64,000 bases of DNA from assembly GCA_034521025.1 (NCBI GenBank), contig JAXHMZ010000003.1, positions 79,726 through 143,725 of the forward strand. Direction: 5' to 3'. A program made the translations under genes and the position numbers. Position 1 is the stretch's first letter; the number at the start of each line of letters is the position of its first letter. The DNA is from Candidatus Campbellbacteria bacterium (lineage in GTDB: Bacteria > Patescibacteriota > Minisyncoccia > Phycocordibacterales > JAXHMZ01). The notes beneath the pieces were generated by a model. The model saw only the letters and a list, made by a program, of their open reading frames with translations, was not told the origin of the DNA and did no database searches. Positions 26,283 through 36,737 of this stretch are shown here, in pieces.

Positions 26283-26951
26283 TTACTCTGACTCTTCTTC
26301 TGATCCTTCAGAATCTTCTGAGGAAGATTCCTCTGTATCCTCTTCACCTACTCGTTCGATGTCATCAATGCTGGCAGGCTCTTCTGTTTCTTCAGGCTCT
26401 TCTTCTCGCGGTTCTTCGGCAAATACAACTGTTTCGTCTGGATTTGTCATTAACTCTACTTCTTCCGGAAGCTTAAGATCTCGAGCGTATATAACTGACT
26501 CAAAATCATTGAGCTCAGAAACGTCAACATTTATTTCATGGGGAATATCTGTAGGCAAGACTTTAATATCAAGTTCATGCAGTACCTTGATCAATGTACC
26601 TCCCAGACTCTTAACAGCTGGAGATTCGCCAACGAACTCGATAGGAACAGAAACTTCGACTTTCTTAGTTTTGTCGATAACATAAAAATCAACGTGTTCG
26701 ACAAACTGCGTAACCGGATGCGTTTGAATGTCTTGGATAAGAACATCTTTTTCTATGTCATCCCCTTTGAGGGTTACGACAGAGGATTCGCCTTCTTTAC
26801 TGAGAAGACTATCAAATTCGCTTCGAGAAAGAGTTATGGCCTCTGAGTTATCTTTGGGACCATAAAATACAGCAGGAATCTTTCCTTGACTCCGAAGCTC
26901 TTTTAATTTTTTACCGCGCTCGGTACGCTTTTCTACAGAAATTGTTGACAT
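26283..26951 (-). CDS. rplY: 50S ribosomal protein L25/general stress protein Ctc with acidic C-terminal tail
   Basis: 222 aa; N-terminal L25 beta-barrel (EKRTERGKKLKELRSQGKIPAVFYG), Ctc C-domain, E/S-rich tail. Confidence 0.85.
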   Translation of the reverse strand: MSTISVEKRTERGKKLKELRSQGKIPAVFYGPKDNSEAITLSRSEFDSLLSKEGESSVVTLKGDDIEKDVLIQDIQTHPVTQFVEHVDFYVIDKTKKVEVSVPIEFVGESPAVKSLGGTLIKVLHELDIKVLPTDIPHEINVDVSELNDFESVIYARDLKLPEEVELMTNPDETVVFAEEPREEEPEETEEPASIDDIERVGEEDTEESSSEDSEGSEEESE

Positions 26952-27113
26952 ACAAACGCCATTATAGGGATTTATGCCAAAAAAGCAACAGTATTTCAGT
27001 AACTTTTGAACTCATCTTTTGCTGGAAATGTTTGCATTACTTTAGTTTTCAAGATTCAAAGGGATCACTATTCTTGGTATACTAAAGACATACAAGTTAA
27101 TACCAGAACTATT

Positions 27114-28130
27114 ATGGAAGAAGAACCCAAAGCTCTTGATTTTGTTGCAGTAGGCGACATCGTTACCGACTCTTTTATAGACCTAAAAGACGTACGTATA
27201 GATAAAGAGAAAGACGAGGGAGATCATGGATATGATGAAATTTGTTTCCGTTTTGGCGATAAGATCCCCTATGAAGACGTCGAGGTGGTACCAGCAGTAG
27301 GCAATTCGCCTAACGCGGCAGTATCCGCTTCACGCCTCGGCCTTAATACAGGCCTTATCACAAACGTTGGAGATGATATTTATGGTAAACAGGATCTAGA
27401 ACAACTCAGATCGGAATCTATTGACCTTTCGAATGTAGAAGTACATGAAGGAGAAAGGTCAAATCTGCATTACGTTTTGCAATTTGGCGCTGAGCGCACG
27501 ATCTTGGTTAATCATCAACAATACAACTATAAATTCCCCGAATTAGATCCGGCGCCAAAATATCTTTACCTTTCATCCTTGGCTGAAAACTCTCTACCGT
27601 ATCACGAAGAAATTGCTGATTACTTGGAAAAACATTCTGAAACGAAACTTGCTTTTCAGCCGGGTACATTTCAAATGAAGTTGGGTTATGAAAAGCTAAA
27701 GCGCTTGTACGAACTTTCGGAATTGTTTTTCTGCAACAAACAAGAGGCTCAAAGAATCCTGGAAACTAAAGAGGATGATATAAAAGAACTCGCGAAAATT
27801 ATGCACGAACATGGTCCCAATATTGCCGTAATTACAGATGGAGTTAACGGTGCTTACGCTTTCGACGGAAATGAGATGTGGCATATGCCCATGTATCCGG
27901 ATCCTAAGCCGCCAATTGACAGAACTGGCGCCGGAGATTCTTTTTCTTCAACCTTTACTGCCGCAATGGCAACGGGCAAATCGATCCCTGAAGCATTGGA
28001 ATGGGGGCCGGTTAATTCGATGGCGGTGGTGCAAGACATAGGAGCGCAAGCTGGTCTTTTATCCAGAGAAAAACTACTCGAACATCTAGAGAACAGACCC
28101 GAAGATTATCAGCCAAGTAAGCTTGAGTAA
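27114..28130 (+). CDS. PfkB/ribokinase-family carbohydrate kinase
   Basis: start at MEEEPKALDFVAVGDIV; C-terminal DRTGAGDSF anion-hole motif. Confidence 0.8.
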   Translation: MEEEPKALDFVAVGDIVTDSFIDLKDVRIDKEKDEGDHGYDEICFRFGDKIPYEDVEVVPAVGNSPNAAVSASRLGLNTGLITNVGDDIYGKQDLEQLRSESIDLSNVEVHEGERSNLHYVLQFGAERTILVNHQQYNYKFPELDPAPKYLYLSSLAENSLPYHEEIADYLEKHSETKLAFQPGTFQMKLGYEKLKRLYELSELFFCNKQEAQRILETKEDDIKELAKIMHEHGPNIAVITDGVNGAYAFDGNEMWHMPMYPDPKPPIDRTGAGDSFSSTFTAAMATGKSIPEALEWGPVNSMAVVQDIGAQAGLLSREKLLEHLENRPEDYQPSKLE

Positions 28131-28142
28131 AACAGAAACAAT

Positions 28143-28180
28143 AAAATAACCGGCTCATGCCGGTTATTTTATTGTTTTCT
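28143..28180. terminator. bidirectional intrinsic terminator
   Basis: ATAACCGGC-TCATG-CCGGTTATTTTATTGTTTT. Confidence 0.65.
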
Positions 28181-29164
28181 TGAGATAACCTTCCTTACCG
28201 CTTCTTTAATAGAGCCGACATCCATACCATAATGCTCGATCAATTCTTCTGGTTCTCCCGATTGTCCAAATCTATCAAATACTCCGACAAACTCTTGAGG
28301 AGAAGGGTGGCGCTGCGATAAGAATTCCGAGATCGCAGAACCTAGACCTCCCGCAACTTGGTGTTCTTCTACAGACACGACAGCGTTAGTTCTTTCGGCA
28401 AAACTGAGAATTGTTTCTTCGTCCAAGGGCTTTACGGTATGGACATTTACAACAGCAACTCTAATCCCCTCTTCTTCCAATTCATGTGCGGCAAACAAAG
28501 CATTGTAGGTCAAAGGACCGCAGGTAAAAATAGTAACCTCGGCTTCGTCAGGATCAAATAGTACATTCGCTTTTCCAAATTCAAACGGCGAATCGTGTGT
28601 GGTAAACAAGGGCGTTTTCTCCCGCGTGAGACGAATATACACCGGGGAGTTGGTTTCATAGGCCACGTGGGTTGCCTTCCTGGCTTCCTCAGCATCAGCT
28701 GGTACTATGACCTTCATATTGGGCTGAACACGCATAAGAGCAATGTCTTCAAGCGCTTGATGTGTTGCGCCGTCTGGCCCCACAGAGACGCCAGAATGAG
28801 CTCCGACGATCTTAACTGGTACGTTATTAAGCGAGATCGTTGTACGAATTTGTTCATTATTTCGCCCGGGACTGAACGCCGCGTATGAGGCAATATAAGG
28901 TATCTTTCCATAATTAGCTAAACCGGACGCTAGAGCAGCCATATTCTGCTCTGCTACTCCGGCTTCTATATAGCGATCCGGAAATTTCTGCCTGAATTTC
29001 TCGGTGCGCGTTGACCCAGCCAGATCAGCACAAACAGCCACCACGCTTTCGTCACGATCGCCCACTTCCGCCAAGCCGTCTCCAAAACCGTTACGAGTTG
29101 GTACTTGCTCGATCTCCTCTATGTTGAAAATGTTCTCAACCAATTTTTGTTCTTCTCTTATCAT
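28169..29164 (-). CDS. transketolase, C-terminal (pyrimidine-binding) subunit
   Basis: 331 aa; Tkt Pyr and C-terminal domains. Confidence 0.9.
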   Translation of the reverse strand: MIREEQKLVENIFNIEEIEQVPTRNGFGDGLAEVGDRDESVVAVCADLAGSTRTEKFRQKFPDRYIEAGVAEQNMAALASGLANYGKIPYIASYAAFSPGRNNEQIRTTISLNNVPVKIVGAHSGVSVGPDGATHQALEDIALMRVQPNMKVIVPADAEEARKATHVAYETNSPVYIRLTREKTPLFTTHDSPFEFGKANVLFDPDEAEVTIFTCGPLTYNALFAAHELEEEGIRVAVVNVHTVKPLDEETILSFAERTNAVVSVEEHQVAGGLGSAISEFLSQRHPSPQEFVGVFDRFGQSGEPEELIEHYGMDVGSIKEAVRKVISRKQ

Positions 29165-29173
29165 AGTTCAAAG

Positions 29174-29449
29174 TTATATTGCGTATCCTTTACCTCTCAT
29201 ACAAGTCTTAAAAGAGAATTCATAATATTCGGCGGCATTTACGTCCTCAGGGAGTGTCTCGGTCGCAGAAAGAGAATCCGCATGGCACTTACGCACGTCC
29301 TCCCTTTCGGCAAAAGCCGTGGTCATTTGCAGGAAAATAAAGATCAAAACAGAAGCCACAAAAATAATTCCTAAAACCAAAGGACTTAGATAAATAGGAT
29401 TCTTCCTATCTGCCTTGATCAATTGTCTTATTCCAAACATCATAAACAT
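29174..29449 (-). CDS. small membrane protein encoded between the two transketolase subunit genes
   Basis: 91 aa; one TM helix; tightly packed (3-10 nt spacers) within tkt operon. Confidence 0.45.
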   Translation of the reverse strand: MFMMFGIRQLIKADRKNPIYLSPLVLGIIFVASVLIFIFLQMTTAFAEREDVRKCHADSLSATETLPEDVNAAEYYEFSFKTCMRGKGYAI

Positions 29450-29452
29450 AAG

Positions 29453-30292
29453 TTAAATATTAATCTCTCGTAGCTCCTCTAAGAACTTCTCAGATTCTTC
29501 CTTGGACGGAGGCTTGCCGTGCCATTCGTGGTCAAACTCCATACTCTTAATGCCTTTGCCCGGGATGGTGTGCGCAAGAACCATAGTAGGTCTCTCATAA
29601 ATTGCCTTGGCTTGCTCTATCGCGTTAACAAACTCTTCTATGTTATGCCCGTCTACCTCAATAACGTGCCAATTAAATGATTCAAACTTTTCTCTCAGAG
29701 GCTCAAGAGGCATTACCTCTTCGGTCATGCCGTTTATTTGGATATTATTTCTATCGATCACTCCGGTTAAGTTAGAAAGCGCGTTAGCTCCCGCAAACAT
29801 AGCTGCTTCCCATGTATTTCCCGCTTGCAATTCTCCGTCCGACATCAAACAGTAGGTTCGGAAATTTTTTTTATCCATTCTGGCTGCATATGCGATCCCC
29901 GAAGCCTGTGAAAGGCCCGAACCAAGAGGGCCCGAAGTACTCTCAAGTGAGAGCATTTTTTCTCGTTCAGGGTGACCCTGCAATCTTGAACCTAATTTTC
30001 TCAAAGTGTTAACTTCTTCCAAAGGAAAATATCCGGCGTGCGCCATAGCAGCATACCTAACCGGTACTATATGCCCGTTAGAAAGAATTAAGCGATCACG
30101 ATCCTCCCACTCGGGGTCTTCGGGTCTGTGATTTAAAATATGAAAATAAAACGAGGTAAATATGTCAGTCATACCCAACGGACCAGCAGTATGGCCAGAA
30201 CCGGCTTCAGTCAGCATTTCAATTATGGTCTGCCTGATCTCGTTTGCCTTTTTTTCTAAAGAATGAACTTTTTCATCTGAAAGGTGTGGCAT
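29453..30292 (-). CDS. transketolase, N-terminal (TPP-binding) subunit
   Basis: 279 aa; GHTAGPLGM..., TPP-binding GDG...N motif. Confidence 0.9.
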   Translation of the reverse strand: MPHLSDEKVHSLEKKANEIRQTIIEMLTEAGSGHTAGPLGMTDIFTSFYFHILNHRPEDPEWEDRDRLILSNGHIVPVRYAAMAHAGYFPLEEVNTLRKLGSRLQGHPEREKMLSLESTSGPLGSGLSQASGIAYAARMDKKNFRTYCLMSDGELQAGNTWEAAMFAGANALSNLTGVIDRNNIQINGMTEEVMPLEPLREKFESFNWHVIEVDGHNIEEFVNAIEQAKAIYERPTMVLAHTIPGKGIKSMEFDHEWHGKPPSKEESEKFLEELREINI

Positions 30293-30307
30293 TTTGAAAA
30301 GATATTA

Positions 30308-30994
30308 TTACTTATTAGCCAAATTTCGCATTGCATCAAAGGCCTCTTTTGGTGATTCTGCTCCCAAAATAGCTGAGCCGGAAATGAGTCGTCTCGCTCC
30401 AGCATCACTTAACCTCTCCACGGTATCTAGGCTAACTCCACCATCTACACTTATAAGTATATCAGGAAAAATTTCCCGGACTTTCTTTATTTTGTGGACA
30501 ACATTTTGGGAGAACGGCTCTCCCTGATATCCAATATTCTCTATGCCCATGCATTGCACAAAACCAATTTTGTCTATATATGGCGCAAGATCTTGAGGCT
30601 CGTCATCGATCTGTATAGCTATTCCACATTCCACCTGAAATTCACTGAGTTTATCTAAAATATCTTCCAGTTTATTCGTACTTTGATAGTGTATGACCAT
30701 TCGGGAAAATCCGGCATTTATCCAATCATCTATCACATCTTCTGGATTGCTGACCATCAGATCAGCCTCAAACTGAATCTCTTTCCAAAAAGGCATGCCT
30801 TCTTCTCCAGCTAGGATCTTTTCAAATGTCTCTGGTTCGCCATAAGGCCAAGATAATCTTGGTACGAATTCACCATCACAAATATCTATTTGCACAAACG
30901 AAGATAGGCCATGTACCAAAGCCAGATCTTCACGTAGCTCTTGATAGTCTTCGGGTAAAACGGCTGGAATAATTTCAGTCATGTTCGTTTTCAA
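30308..30994 (-). CDS. rpe: ribulose-phosphate 3-epimerase-like
   Basis: 228 aa; TIM-barrel Rpe family (DICDGEFVP..., C-terminal DGG...GSAI). Confidence 0.75.
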   Translation of the reverse strand: MKTNMTEIIPAVLPEDYQELREDLALVHGLSSFVQIDICDGEFVPRLSWPYGEPETFEKILAGEEGMPFWKEIQFEADLMVSNPEDVIDDWINAGFSRMVIHYQSTNKLEDILDKLSEFQVECGIAIQIDDEPQDLAPYIDKIGFVQCMGIENIGYQGEPFSQNVVHKIKKVREIFPDILISVDGGVSLDTVERLSDAGARRLISGSAILGAESPKEAFDAMRNLANK

Positions 30995-31466
30995 TTTTTG
31001 TTATTTTCTCTATCCTGCGTTTATGTCTATCTTCGCCTGAAAAAGGTTCATCAAGCCAAATTTCTACTATACGCTTTGCTTCTTCAATAGTGATAAACCT
31101 AGCTCCCAAGGAAATGATATTTGCGTCATTGTGCTCACGTGAAAGGGTTACTATTTTCCCTTTATCTTCTCCGCCATAGAACACAGCTGCTCTAACCCCC
31201 TTGAACTTATTTGCAACAATAGCCTCTCCTTGTCCGGAGCCACCAAAAATTACCGCTCTATTAGTATCAGGTTCCTTCGAAACCTCTTCTGCTGCCTTGC
31301 TGATAAAATCAGGATAGTCATCATCTGGATTTAGCTCGTATGCTCCACAGTCCTCTACCTCATAGCCCAATGAACTCAGGTGGCTCTTTACCTCTTCCTT
31401 TGTTTTAAATCCCGCGTGATCCGTGGCCAAAAATATTTTCATAATCAAGCTTTTATTCGCGTCCAT
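30975..31466 (-). CDS. rpiB: ribose-5-phosphate isomerase B (RpiB/LacAB family)
   Basis: 163 aa; MKIFLATDHAGF..., GGSGQGEAIVANK. Confidence 0.9.
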   Translation of the reverse strand: MDANKSLIMKIFLATDHAGFKTKEEVKSHLSSLGYEVEDCGAYELNPDDDYPDFISKAAEEVSKEPDTNRAVIFGGSGQGEAIVANKFKGVRAAVFYGGEDKGKIVTLSREHNDANIISLGARFITIEEAKRIVEIWLDEPFSGEDRHKRRIEKITKIENEHD

Positions 31467-31523
31467 TCTAACACAAAAGACTCCTTAATATATACTAACT
31501 AGGTCTAAACTCAGGAGAATTAT

Positions 31524-33173
31524 CTAGTGATCTATATGCTCCATAGCATAGTCGAGGTCGGCGTTTATCTTTTTGCCCGGATTAAAGATATTGTTAGGAT
31601 CGAAAATATTTTTAGTCTCTACAAACAGATCATAGACCTTTTTTCCATACATCTGCTCCAGATAAGGCGACCTTATTAAACCGTCGTTATGCTCCGCCGT
31701 CATGGTTCCTCCGTATTCAAAAGTTAGATTATTCACCTTATCTAGCACTACAGGAATTTTGTCGCGTTCTGTCTTTTTAGAAAGATCCATAAGAGGAATT
31801 ATGTGAAAATTACCCTCACCTGCGTGCCCGGCCAAGGTGGCTTTAATACCGTGTTTTTTTAATATGCCAAACACTTTGGGAAGAAATTCGGGTAAAAATT
31901 CTGGTTTGACACAAAAATCGTCAACAAATGGAGCCGTGCGTTTATCGCTCACCTCTTTTCGCAAAAGCGAGAAACTTTCGCGGCGCATGGTCCAATACTT
32001 TTCCGCCTCTTCTTCCGTATCCAGCTCCCTCATAATAATTTTATTATGCTCTTCGAGTGACTCTTTGAGATCGTTTATTTTTTGATCTAGCTCTTCTTCT
32101 GTATCTTCGGCAAACTCGATCAACATTGTTAACTTGGGCAAACCGAGCATTCTTAAACCAATTAGCGCCTCGGGCCAGAACTTAAGCGCAAAAGGTAAAA
32201 ACGAAGAGCCGGCTTTCTTTGCAATTTGCGGCATAAATCTCAAACCAAGCTTGAGAGTCGCATCATCAAACGTTTCTATGGACTCCGGGTCGAGAGGCAA
32301 TAATTTGTTCACCACTTCCGGCACCTCATCCCAAGAGTTAAAAAACAGTACAGTCAAACGTCGCTTGGGCTTTTCATGTACCAACCTCAGCCGTGTCTCA
32401 GCCCAAATACCTAAAGTACCTTGGGACCCGCCGAAAAGTTGCGTGAGATCAAATGTACCTTGTTCCCTATCGTACACATCCCAAAGGTTATAGCCCGCCG
32501 AATTCTTTGCCACATCAGGCTTAGCGGCTTTGACTATATCGTAGTTATCTTCCAGCAAAGAATGCATACGTCTATAAACCTCTCCCTCAAAGTTGTCCTG
32601 AGACTTTTTCTGCTCCAGCTCCTCCATATTGAGTTTCCTGAGAACGTACTCGTTACCGTCTGAAAACACAGCTTTGATCTCTTGGATAAAGTCGTTCATT
32701 TTACCATAGCGCAGTGTTTTTTCTCCGGCACAATTATTAGCTACCATGCCACCAAGAGCCGCAATGCTTTTAGACGCCGGATAACAAGGCAGTGACAGAT
32801 CTTCAGGTAAAATAACTTTTTCAAAGTCTCTATAAAAAACTCCGGGTTGAACTCGTGCAAACATTTCTTCGGGATTTACCTCCCAGACGTGATTCATATA
32901 TTTTGTAAATGACACTGAAATTGATTCAGTCAATGGACCTCCTGTCATATCTGTTCCGCCCGCTCTTCCTGTTAAAGAAATACCTGGTATCTCTTCACGC
33001 TTTTTATTTATAAAGTGTACTAATTCTTTTATGTCGTGGACATCCTTGGGAAAAACAACTACTTTAGGACGAACACCAAAGAGTGAAGCGTCATAAGAAT
33101 ACTCTTCCAGAGTATCGTCGGTAACATCCACGTCCCCTTTTATAGACTCTCTTAGCTCGTGCTGTATAGCCAT
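31524..33173 (-). CDS. FAD-linked oxidase (GlcD/D-lactate dehydrogenase-like)
   Basis: FAD-binding PCMH domain (RAGGTDMTGG) and C-terminal FAD-oxidase domain; start at internal Met MAIQHEL. Confidence 0.75.
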   Translation of the reverse strand: MAIQHELRESIKGDVDVTDDTLEEYSYDASLFGVRPKVVVFPKDVHDIKELVHFINKKREEIPGISLTGRAGGTDMTGGPLTESISVSFTKYMNHVWEVNPEEMFARVQPGVFYRDFEKVILPEDLSLPCYPASKSIAALGGMVANNCAGEKTLRYGKMNDFIQEIKAVFSDGNEYVLRKLNMEELEQKKSQDNFEGEVYRRMHSLLEDNYDIVKAAKPDVAKNSAGYNLWDVYDREQGTFDLTQLFGGSQGTLGIWAETRLRLVHEKPKRRLTVLFFNSWDEVPEVVNKLLPLDPESIETFDDATLKLGLRFMPQIAKKAGSSFLPFALKFWPEALIGLRMLGLPKLTMLIEFAEDTEEELDQKINDLKESLEEHNKIIMRELDTEEEAEKYWTMRRESFSLLRKEVSDKRTAPFVDDFCVKPEFLPEFLPKVFGILKKHGIKATLAGHAGEGNFHIIPLMDLSKKTERDKIPVVLDKVNNLTFEYGGTMTAEHNDGLIRSPYLEQMYGKKVYDLFVETKNIFDPNNIFNPGKKINADLDYAMEHIDH

Positions 33174-33180
33174 AGATATT

Positions 33181-34218
33181 TTAATTATCCAAAAACTGAC
33201 CTGCTTTAACAACGTGCTCAACTAAAGAATACGTATACCCCATTTCGTTATCGTACCAAGCCAGTACTTTTACAAGATTGCCGCCTACTACACGAGTAAA
33301 TGTGAGATCTGCAATAGAAGCTTTTTCCGATCCGACTATATCTGAAGACACAATAGGTTCATAGGTCGCTCCAAACGTCTTCATCCAGCGTGGTTCCTGA
33401 GATGCATTCATAAGAATTTCATTCACTTCTTCTTTTGATGTGTCTCGCTTGGAGATAAAAGTAATATCTGCCACCGATCCGGCTATCACCGGAACACGAA
33501 GGGCTATGCCGTCAAATTTTCCTTCCAAATCCGGAATTACTTTAGTTGTAGCTATAGCTGCGCCAGTTGTGGTAGGTATAATATTTTGCGCCGCCGCCCG
33601 ACCCTTCCGCCAGTCTTTATTGGGACCATCTACGAGTGACTGTGAAGCTGTATAAGCGTGCACAGTATTCAAAAGAGCCTTTTCTATACCAATTGACTCG
33701 TTAAGTATAGCAACCAAAGGCGAGCCGGAGTTTGTTGTGCAAGATGCGTTGGAAGTAATTTGCTTTCCCGCGAAATCTTCTTCGTTTATTCCCATAAGAA
33801 CGGTGCCTCCGGATATACCCTCTACTTCCTCACCTTTGATCGGCGCAGATACAACTACGCGCTTAGCCCCCGCGTCAAGATGTTGTTTGGACTTCTCATA
33901 AGTTCTAAAGATGCCAGTGGATTCCACCACCACATCAACATCATAATCCCCCCAAGGTATTTCTTTGGGATCTCGTATGGAAAAGAATTTTGCTCTACGG
34001 CCATCGGAGACCAAGCTCTTTGCGTCTCCGTCTTCCTCAATATTAACCTCCTTCAACGGAGAAGTTTGCGCGGTATCATATTTCAAAAGATAAGCTAGAT
34101 TTTCCGGATCTCCGAGATCGTTAATGGCCACAACCTCGATATCATCTCGCGTATGCGCTACCTTATAAAAACTTCTACCGATCCTACCGAAACCGTTTAT
34201 TCCAACTCTAATAGACAT
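33181..34218 (-). CDS. gap: glyceraldehyde-3-phosphate dehydrogenase
   Basis: start at MSIRVGINGFGRIGR; SCTTN active site. Confidence 0.95.
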   Translation of the reverse strand: MSIRVGINGFGRIGRSFYKVAHTRDDIEVVAINDLGDPENLAYLLKYDTAQTSPLKEVNIEEDGDAKSLVSDGRRAKFFSIRDPKEIPWGDYDVDVVVESTGIFRTYEKSKQHLDAGAKRVVVSAPIKGEEVEGISGGTVLMGINEEDFAGKQITSNASCTTNSGSPLVAILNESIGIEKALLNTVHAYTASQSLVDGPNKDWRKGRAAAQNIIPTTTGAAIATTKVIPDLEGKFDGIALRVPVIAGSVADITFISKRDTSKEEVNEILMNASQEPRWMKTFGATYEPIVSSDIVGSEKASIADLTFTRVVGGNLVKVLAWYDNEMGYTYSLVEHVVKAGQFLDN

Positions 34219-34370
34219 AAATAAAAATAGTGAAAACGAGCCACCTTGTAACTCCCTTAGTATATCAGAGATTCTCTTACACCTATCCACAAAAAGAAGT
34301 AGATCACTAAAAAACGCCCGCAACAAAGTGTGAGCATTTAAGAGAATAAGGCAATTAGATGTGAAGTGAA

Positions 34371-35783
34371 TTATTTTAATTTCTTTTTGAAAATCTCTGC
34401 CAAAACTTGTGGATTAGCTGACCCTTTTGTTTTTTTCATTCCTTGCCCTATAAAAAACTGAAATACATTCTCATTGCCTGACTTGTAATCAGTAACAACT
34501 TCTGGATTCTCCGCTATGACCTCTTCAACGACTTTTTCTAATGCACTCTCATCGCTCTGCTGCAAGAGATTTGCTTCTTCAGCTAGTTTTTTGGGTGATT
34601 CGTCCTTATCAAAAAGCAAAACCAGTGTATCTTTCGCGCCTCTACTAGAAAGCTCTCCTGAATCGATCATATTAATAAGCTCGACAAAGAGCTCAGCTCT
34701 AGGTAGTTGTATCTCCGAGTCATTTGATCTTATGCCCTGAAGGTCGGAGGTTATATAATTCGCGGCTAATTTTAACTTAGCGGCACTCCCATTTAATAAA
34801 TTCGATACCTCATCAAAAAAGTCACCTAATTGAAAATCTAAGATCAACGTTTCGACATCTTCCTCCTTAATACCCAGATCGATCAGACGTTTCCTTTTTT
34901 CATTCGGAAGTTCTGGTATTTCAGAAAGTAAGCTATTTTTGGAAAATTCTTCTAGTTGCGAAATCTTTAATTTAGGAAGATCCGGCTCGGGGAAATACCT
35001 ATAGTCTTGTGACGATTCCTTTTTTCTCTGAGTGTATGTCTCTTGTTTGTTTTCGTCCCAGCCTCGTGTTTCCTGCTCAACTGTCTCGCCGTTTTCTAAT
35101 ATTTCTATCTGACGTTCTATTTCAAAGGCAATCGCCTTCTCTACAGAACGAAATGAATTTAAATTCTTTACTTCGGTTTTGGTACCAAAATCCTCTGATT
35201 TTGATACCGAAATATTAGCTTCAACGCGCATCTCTCCTCTTTCCATATTTGCCTCAGAGATATCCAGAGTGCGAAGAAGCAACTGCAATTCTCGGGCAAA
35301 ATCCGCAGCTTTTTTACCGCTTTTTATAACGGGCTCTGTTACTAATTCCATAAGAGGCACTCCCGCGCGATTATAATCAACCAGGGAATAATCTCCTTTG
35401 TCATGTGTAGACTTGGCAGTATCCTCTTCTAAGTGAATACGGGTTATGTCAACTTCACATAATCTCCCGCCGGTAACTAGGGGGTATTCATATTGTGAAA
35501 TTTGGTACCCCTTAGGGATGTCCGGATAGAAATAGTTCTTCCTATCGAATTCTGTAAAATCAGCGAGGTTGCCATTCAAAGCGACTCCTACCTTAAGAAC
35601 ATTTTTTACCGCTTCCTTATTGATCTTAGGAAGCGTCCCTGGGTGTGCCATGCAAATTGGGCAGATCCGAGAGTTGGGCTCACTTGTGTGTGGAGCGTTT
35701 TCGCAACCACAGAACATTTTTGACTTGGTCTTCAGCTCCGCGTGAATTTCAAGCCCTATTGTGGGTTTATAGTCGTCTTTCAT
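34371..35783 (-). CDS. gatB: Asp-tRNA(Asn)/Glu-tRNA(Gln) amidotransferase subunit B
   Basis: 470 aa; GatB N- and C-terminal (YqeY-like) domains. Confidence 0.95.
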   Translation of the reverse strand: MKDDYKPTIGLEIHAELKTKSKMFCGCENAPHTSEPNSRICPICMAHPGTLPKINKEAVKNVLKVGVALNGNLADFTEFDRKNYFYPDIPKGYQISQYEYPLVTGGRLCEVDITRIHLEEDTAKSTHDKGDYSLVDYNRAGVPLMELVTEPVIKSGKKAADFARELQLLLRTLDISEANMERGEMRVEANISVSKSEDFGTKTEVKNLNSFRSVEKAIAFEIERQIEILENGETVEQETRGWDENKQETYTQRKKESSQDYRYFPEPDLPKLKISQLEEFSKNSLLSEIPELPNEKRKRLIDLGIKEEDVETLILDFQLGDFFDEVSNLLNGSAAKLKLAANYITSDLQGIRSNDSEIQLPRAELFVELINMIDSGELSSRGAKDTLVLLFDKDESPKKLAEEANLLQQSDESALEKVVEEVIAENPEVVTDYKSGNENVFQFFIGQGMKKTKGSANPQVLAEIFKKKLK

Positions 35784-35857
35784 GGTTGCAATACTAGCAT
35801 AGGCTCAAGCCAAAAGAAAAAGAATAGATGTAACCTCGCTGCGCAAAGGTGAGTAGT

Positions 35858-35897
35858 AAAAAATCACCCCCGATCGCGCAGTGCACGATCGGGGGTG
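35858..35897 (-). terminator. intrinsic terminator downstream of lipoprotein gene
   Basis: minus strand CACCCCCGATCG-9nt-CGATCGGGGGTG then TTTTT. Confidence 0.65.
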
Positions 35898-35909
35898 TGA
35901 TCGGGAGGG

Positions 35910-36650
35910 TTAGCCCTTACAAGGAATCACCATCCGTGCATACTCGTGCACAGTCACGGTCTCGCTTGTCCAGCGAGCTTCAACGTGTCCGAAACGACCA
36001 CACCGGCCGACCGGACGACCAAAGCTCAATGAAGTGAACCCGGTCATCAACATTCCATCCGCAGGGGTGAAGTTGACAGTATTGGTGATACCGTTCTGGA
36101 CCACCTCCTGCACACCCAAACCATGCGAACTGATGTCGGTAAGAACAAATGAACCCTCAGACAAGTGCAGTTCAGACACGTGCAGTTCTGCACTGTCAAA
36201 GCTTACCAGCGAATCATCCATGTATGTGTCATCGAACACCAGCGGAAATGACAGGAACAAGGTAAGCATTTCAGGCGAGTCCACGTAAACGTTGCTCACC
36301 ACTCCACCTGAAGCATCAATGGTCACGCTCTCATCCGAGAAAAGACTAACGTCCCTCGTGACGCTTATCGAGCCAGACTCGGTGAACGTGAAAACTCGCA
36401 CGCTGTAGTCTCCCGGTGGAAACGTAAATACCTGAAACCGATCGACGAAATTATTCATCGTATCGACTGGTTCGCCGTCTTCGTTGTAGATGACCAAGCT
36501 ATTGATAGCCTCGCCATCAGGCGTAGAGCTTACCACCTGAACCTCGAGATCGAGAAAGTCTCCCGATCCTTCCGGCGCTTCGACGACCGAAGAGCAAGCG
36601 CTGATAACGAAGGCGACCAGTACCAGCAAGAAACCTGTAAAGTTCTTCAC
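35910..36650 (-). CDS. hypothetical lipoprotein (GC-shifted, own promoter/terminator)
   Basis: 246 aa; lipobox LVAFVISAC; GTG start with GGGAGG SD; about 50% GC. Confidence 0.55.
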   Translation of the reverse strand: MKNFTGFLLVLVAFVISACSSVVEAPEGSGDFLDLEVQVVSSTPDGEAINSLVIYNEDGEPVDTMNNFVDRFQVFTFPPGDYSVRVFTFTESGSISVTRDVSLFSDESVTIDASGGVVSNVYVDSPEMLTLFLSFPLVFDDTYMDDSLVSFDSAELHVSELHLSEGSFVLTDISSHGLGVQEVVQNGITNTVNFTPADGMLMTGFTSLSFGRPVGRCGRFGHVEARWTSETVTVHEYARMVIPCKG

Positions 36651-36708
36651 TTTTCCTCCCTTTCGAAGAACGTCACTTTTGCCCTATGCAAAAGTATTAC
36701 TGGCATGT

Positions 36709-36737
36709 AATATACATTACTTTAGTATATTTGTCAA
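36709..36737 (-). promoter_or_regulatory. sigma70-like promoter for lipoprotein gene
   Basis: minus strand TTGACA-17-TATATT about 50 nt upstream of start. Confidence 0.5.

Noticed and set aside
26239-26685. 148-aa Ser-rich plus-strand ORF
   Set aside because: Antisense to rplY/ctc acidic tail; compositional artefact.
28169-30292. Transketolase as another frameshifted gene
   Set aside because: The two halves are complete, separately initiated subunit genes of the well-known split-tkt type, with a real gene between them; it is not an indel.
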